DNA of 36,169 nucleotides from Basidiobolus meristosporus CBS 931.73 (lineage: Eukaryota > Fungi > Basidiobolomycota), in assembly GCA_002104905.1 (NCBI GenBank), contig MCFE01000788.1, positions 1 to 36,169 on the forward strand. Direction: 5' to 3'. The notes beneath the pieces were generated by a model. The model ran no database searches. It worked only from the letters and a program-made list of their open reading frames with translations, and was not told where the DNA came from. Positions 34,939 through 36,169 of this stretch are shown here, piece by piece. A program made the position numbers and the translations under genes. Within the stretch, counting starts at the first letter, position 1, and the number at the start of each line of letters is the position of its first letter.

Positions 34939-36119
34939 TTATTTCCATTGAAACTTCAGTTGTACCTCAATTGCCAATTGTATTGACCTATGCAAGTCTC
35001 TATACCCTGCACTAACATTAAGCCCAACACCACACTCAACAAGTAACTCCATTAAAATCCACCACTCAATAAGTATTTCTGCTGTAACACTCTGGTTCCA
35101 CATCTTTGGTGGGAACCCAATGGCTTTATGCCACTGTTCATTCACTGGTTCCCACATGTCCTGGTCATCAGCCGGCACTGCAAGGTATAGCTCCTCATCT
35201 GCCAGTCTTTGCAATAAATCCTTGCAATATTCCAGTGCATTTTCTTGAGCACTGCTCTTGAAGAAGTGCTGCAACCTCTTGGTGTGCCTATTAATGTTCC
35301 AAAACTCCACTGAAGGCATTGTGATAGTCTTTTGAGCACTTGATGTTGTAGCCTTATCTGTCAGTGGGATCTCCATTCTGTCAACAATGGAGGCTGTGGA
35401 GGCTCTGGTAGACAAATTGCCTTTTTCAGCAAACTCATCTACCTTGCTGGAGTGTAGCTCAACTGGCTGCGCTTCCAACTCTTGTGAAAATAGCTGCTTT
35501 CTTGTTGGTAATTCTTCTTGGCTATGATGGGATTCAGTCTGTTCCTGGCTTGCAGCATCAATTGGCAAGAACTGCAGTTTTTCTTGCATGCCTCCCTATC
35601 TCAGGCTTGGGTGGACATTTTCCCTTTAACTTTTCCTTTATCACTGCCAGGTCTTTCACTGCTACTTTGTCTGAGTGCTTCTTGTAAAGAACTACATTTT
35701 CTCCTGGATAAACTCTGCTCTGACACATCTGTTTTGGCCTGCTTGTCCCTTGCTGACACTCTTCTGGCAACCTGACATTTCTTTTCAGCTTGTTTTGAGC
35801 TCTCAACTATAGTTGTGATGGGCTCCTGTAAAAGCGGCTTGTTTTTATCACTGCCAGGTCCTTCACTGCTACTTTGACTGGGTGCTTCTTGAGTGGTGCT
35901 ACGCTTTTTCCTTGATATATGTTGTGCTGGTGCATCCATGTCTGCCTGCTTGTCCTTAATTGGCACTCTTCCAGCTGCCTGACATCTCTTTGACGCTTGT
36001 CTGGAGCTTTTGGCCCTGCTTGTAACGGGCTCTTGAGGAAGCTGCTGGTTTTTAGCCATGGCACCCTTGTTCTTCTGCCTTTCATAGCTTCTGCTATTCT
36101 TAAGATACTTTCTTAGCAT
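34939..36119 (-). pseudogene. Degenerate ORF of unknown family, probably repeat-borne, broken at about 35590-35603
   Basis: Two adjacent minus-strand ORFs (172 aa and 216 aa) lie in different frames. The first has a K/S/Q-rich internal duplication, the second a Trp-rich helical part. The region is CpG-depleted like the TEs. Confidence 0.4.
35640..36053 (-). repeat. Two tandem 207-bp (69-codon) imperfect repeats
   Basis: TCACTGCCAGG occurs at 35641 and 35848. The units are KNQQLPQEP...QSSSEGPGSD and KNKPLLQEP...QSSSERPGSD. Confidence 0.85.
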
Positions 36120-36169
36120 ACCAATGCTGGCCCAAAATCTGTTTGCCTGCTTGAATCCAGGATAATGCT

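Larger units (their letters stand above)
29760..36169. other. CpG-depleted repeat block (right flank)
   Basis: No CG was seen by eye from about 29760 to 31770, and only about 18 in the whole 6.4 kb. The block contains the copia remnant and unidentified decayed sequence. Confidence 0.85.

Noticed and set aside
1-36169. CRISPR array, rRNA, tRNA, telomeric repeats, selenocysteine recoding
   Set aside because: No regularly spaced repeats, no RNA-gene signature and no in-frame TGA at a catalytic Cys position were seen.

Overview
This is eukaryotic fungal DNA, with short 53-80 nt GT-AG introns and an early-diverging-fungus character (the taxon is inferred, not shown). A CpG-rich gene island (~3.0-29.7 kb) sits between two almost CpG-free blocks of decayed transposons. 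The flanks hold a PIF/Harbinger-type DDE transposase relic, four ~350-bp Ty1/copia LTR copies, an internally deleted copia element and a repeat-containing degenerate ORF. Genes assembled by hand from the exons are: a two-exon secreted protein with two Opy2-like Cys-rich modules, a conserved 237-aa hypothetical protein, ATP synthase subunit d (ATP7), a Tsp2-like tetraspanin, a 7-TM GPCR, an intronless sugar porter with a single-base frameshift, a 7-exon TPR + metallo-beta-lactamase (glyoxalase II-like) fusion, the checkpoint GAP BUB2, and a ferric reductase preceded by two ATCWGATAA iron-repressor sites. The best novelty leads are the TPR-MBL fusion and the tandem Cys-rich secreted protein. The ORF track misses both because they are split by introns. 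No rRNA, tRNA or CRISPR array was seen. All exon structures are manual predictions without RNA evidence.
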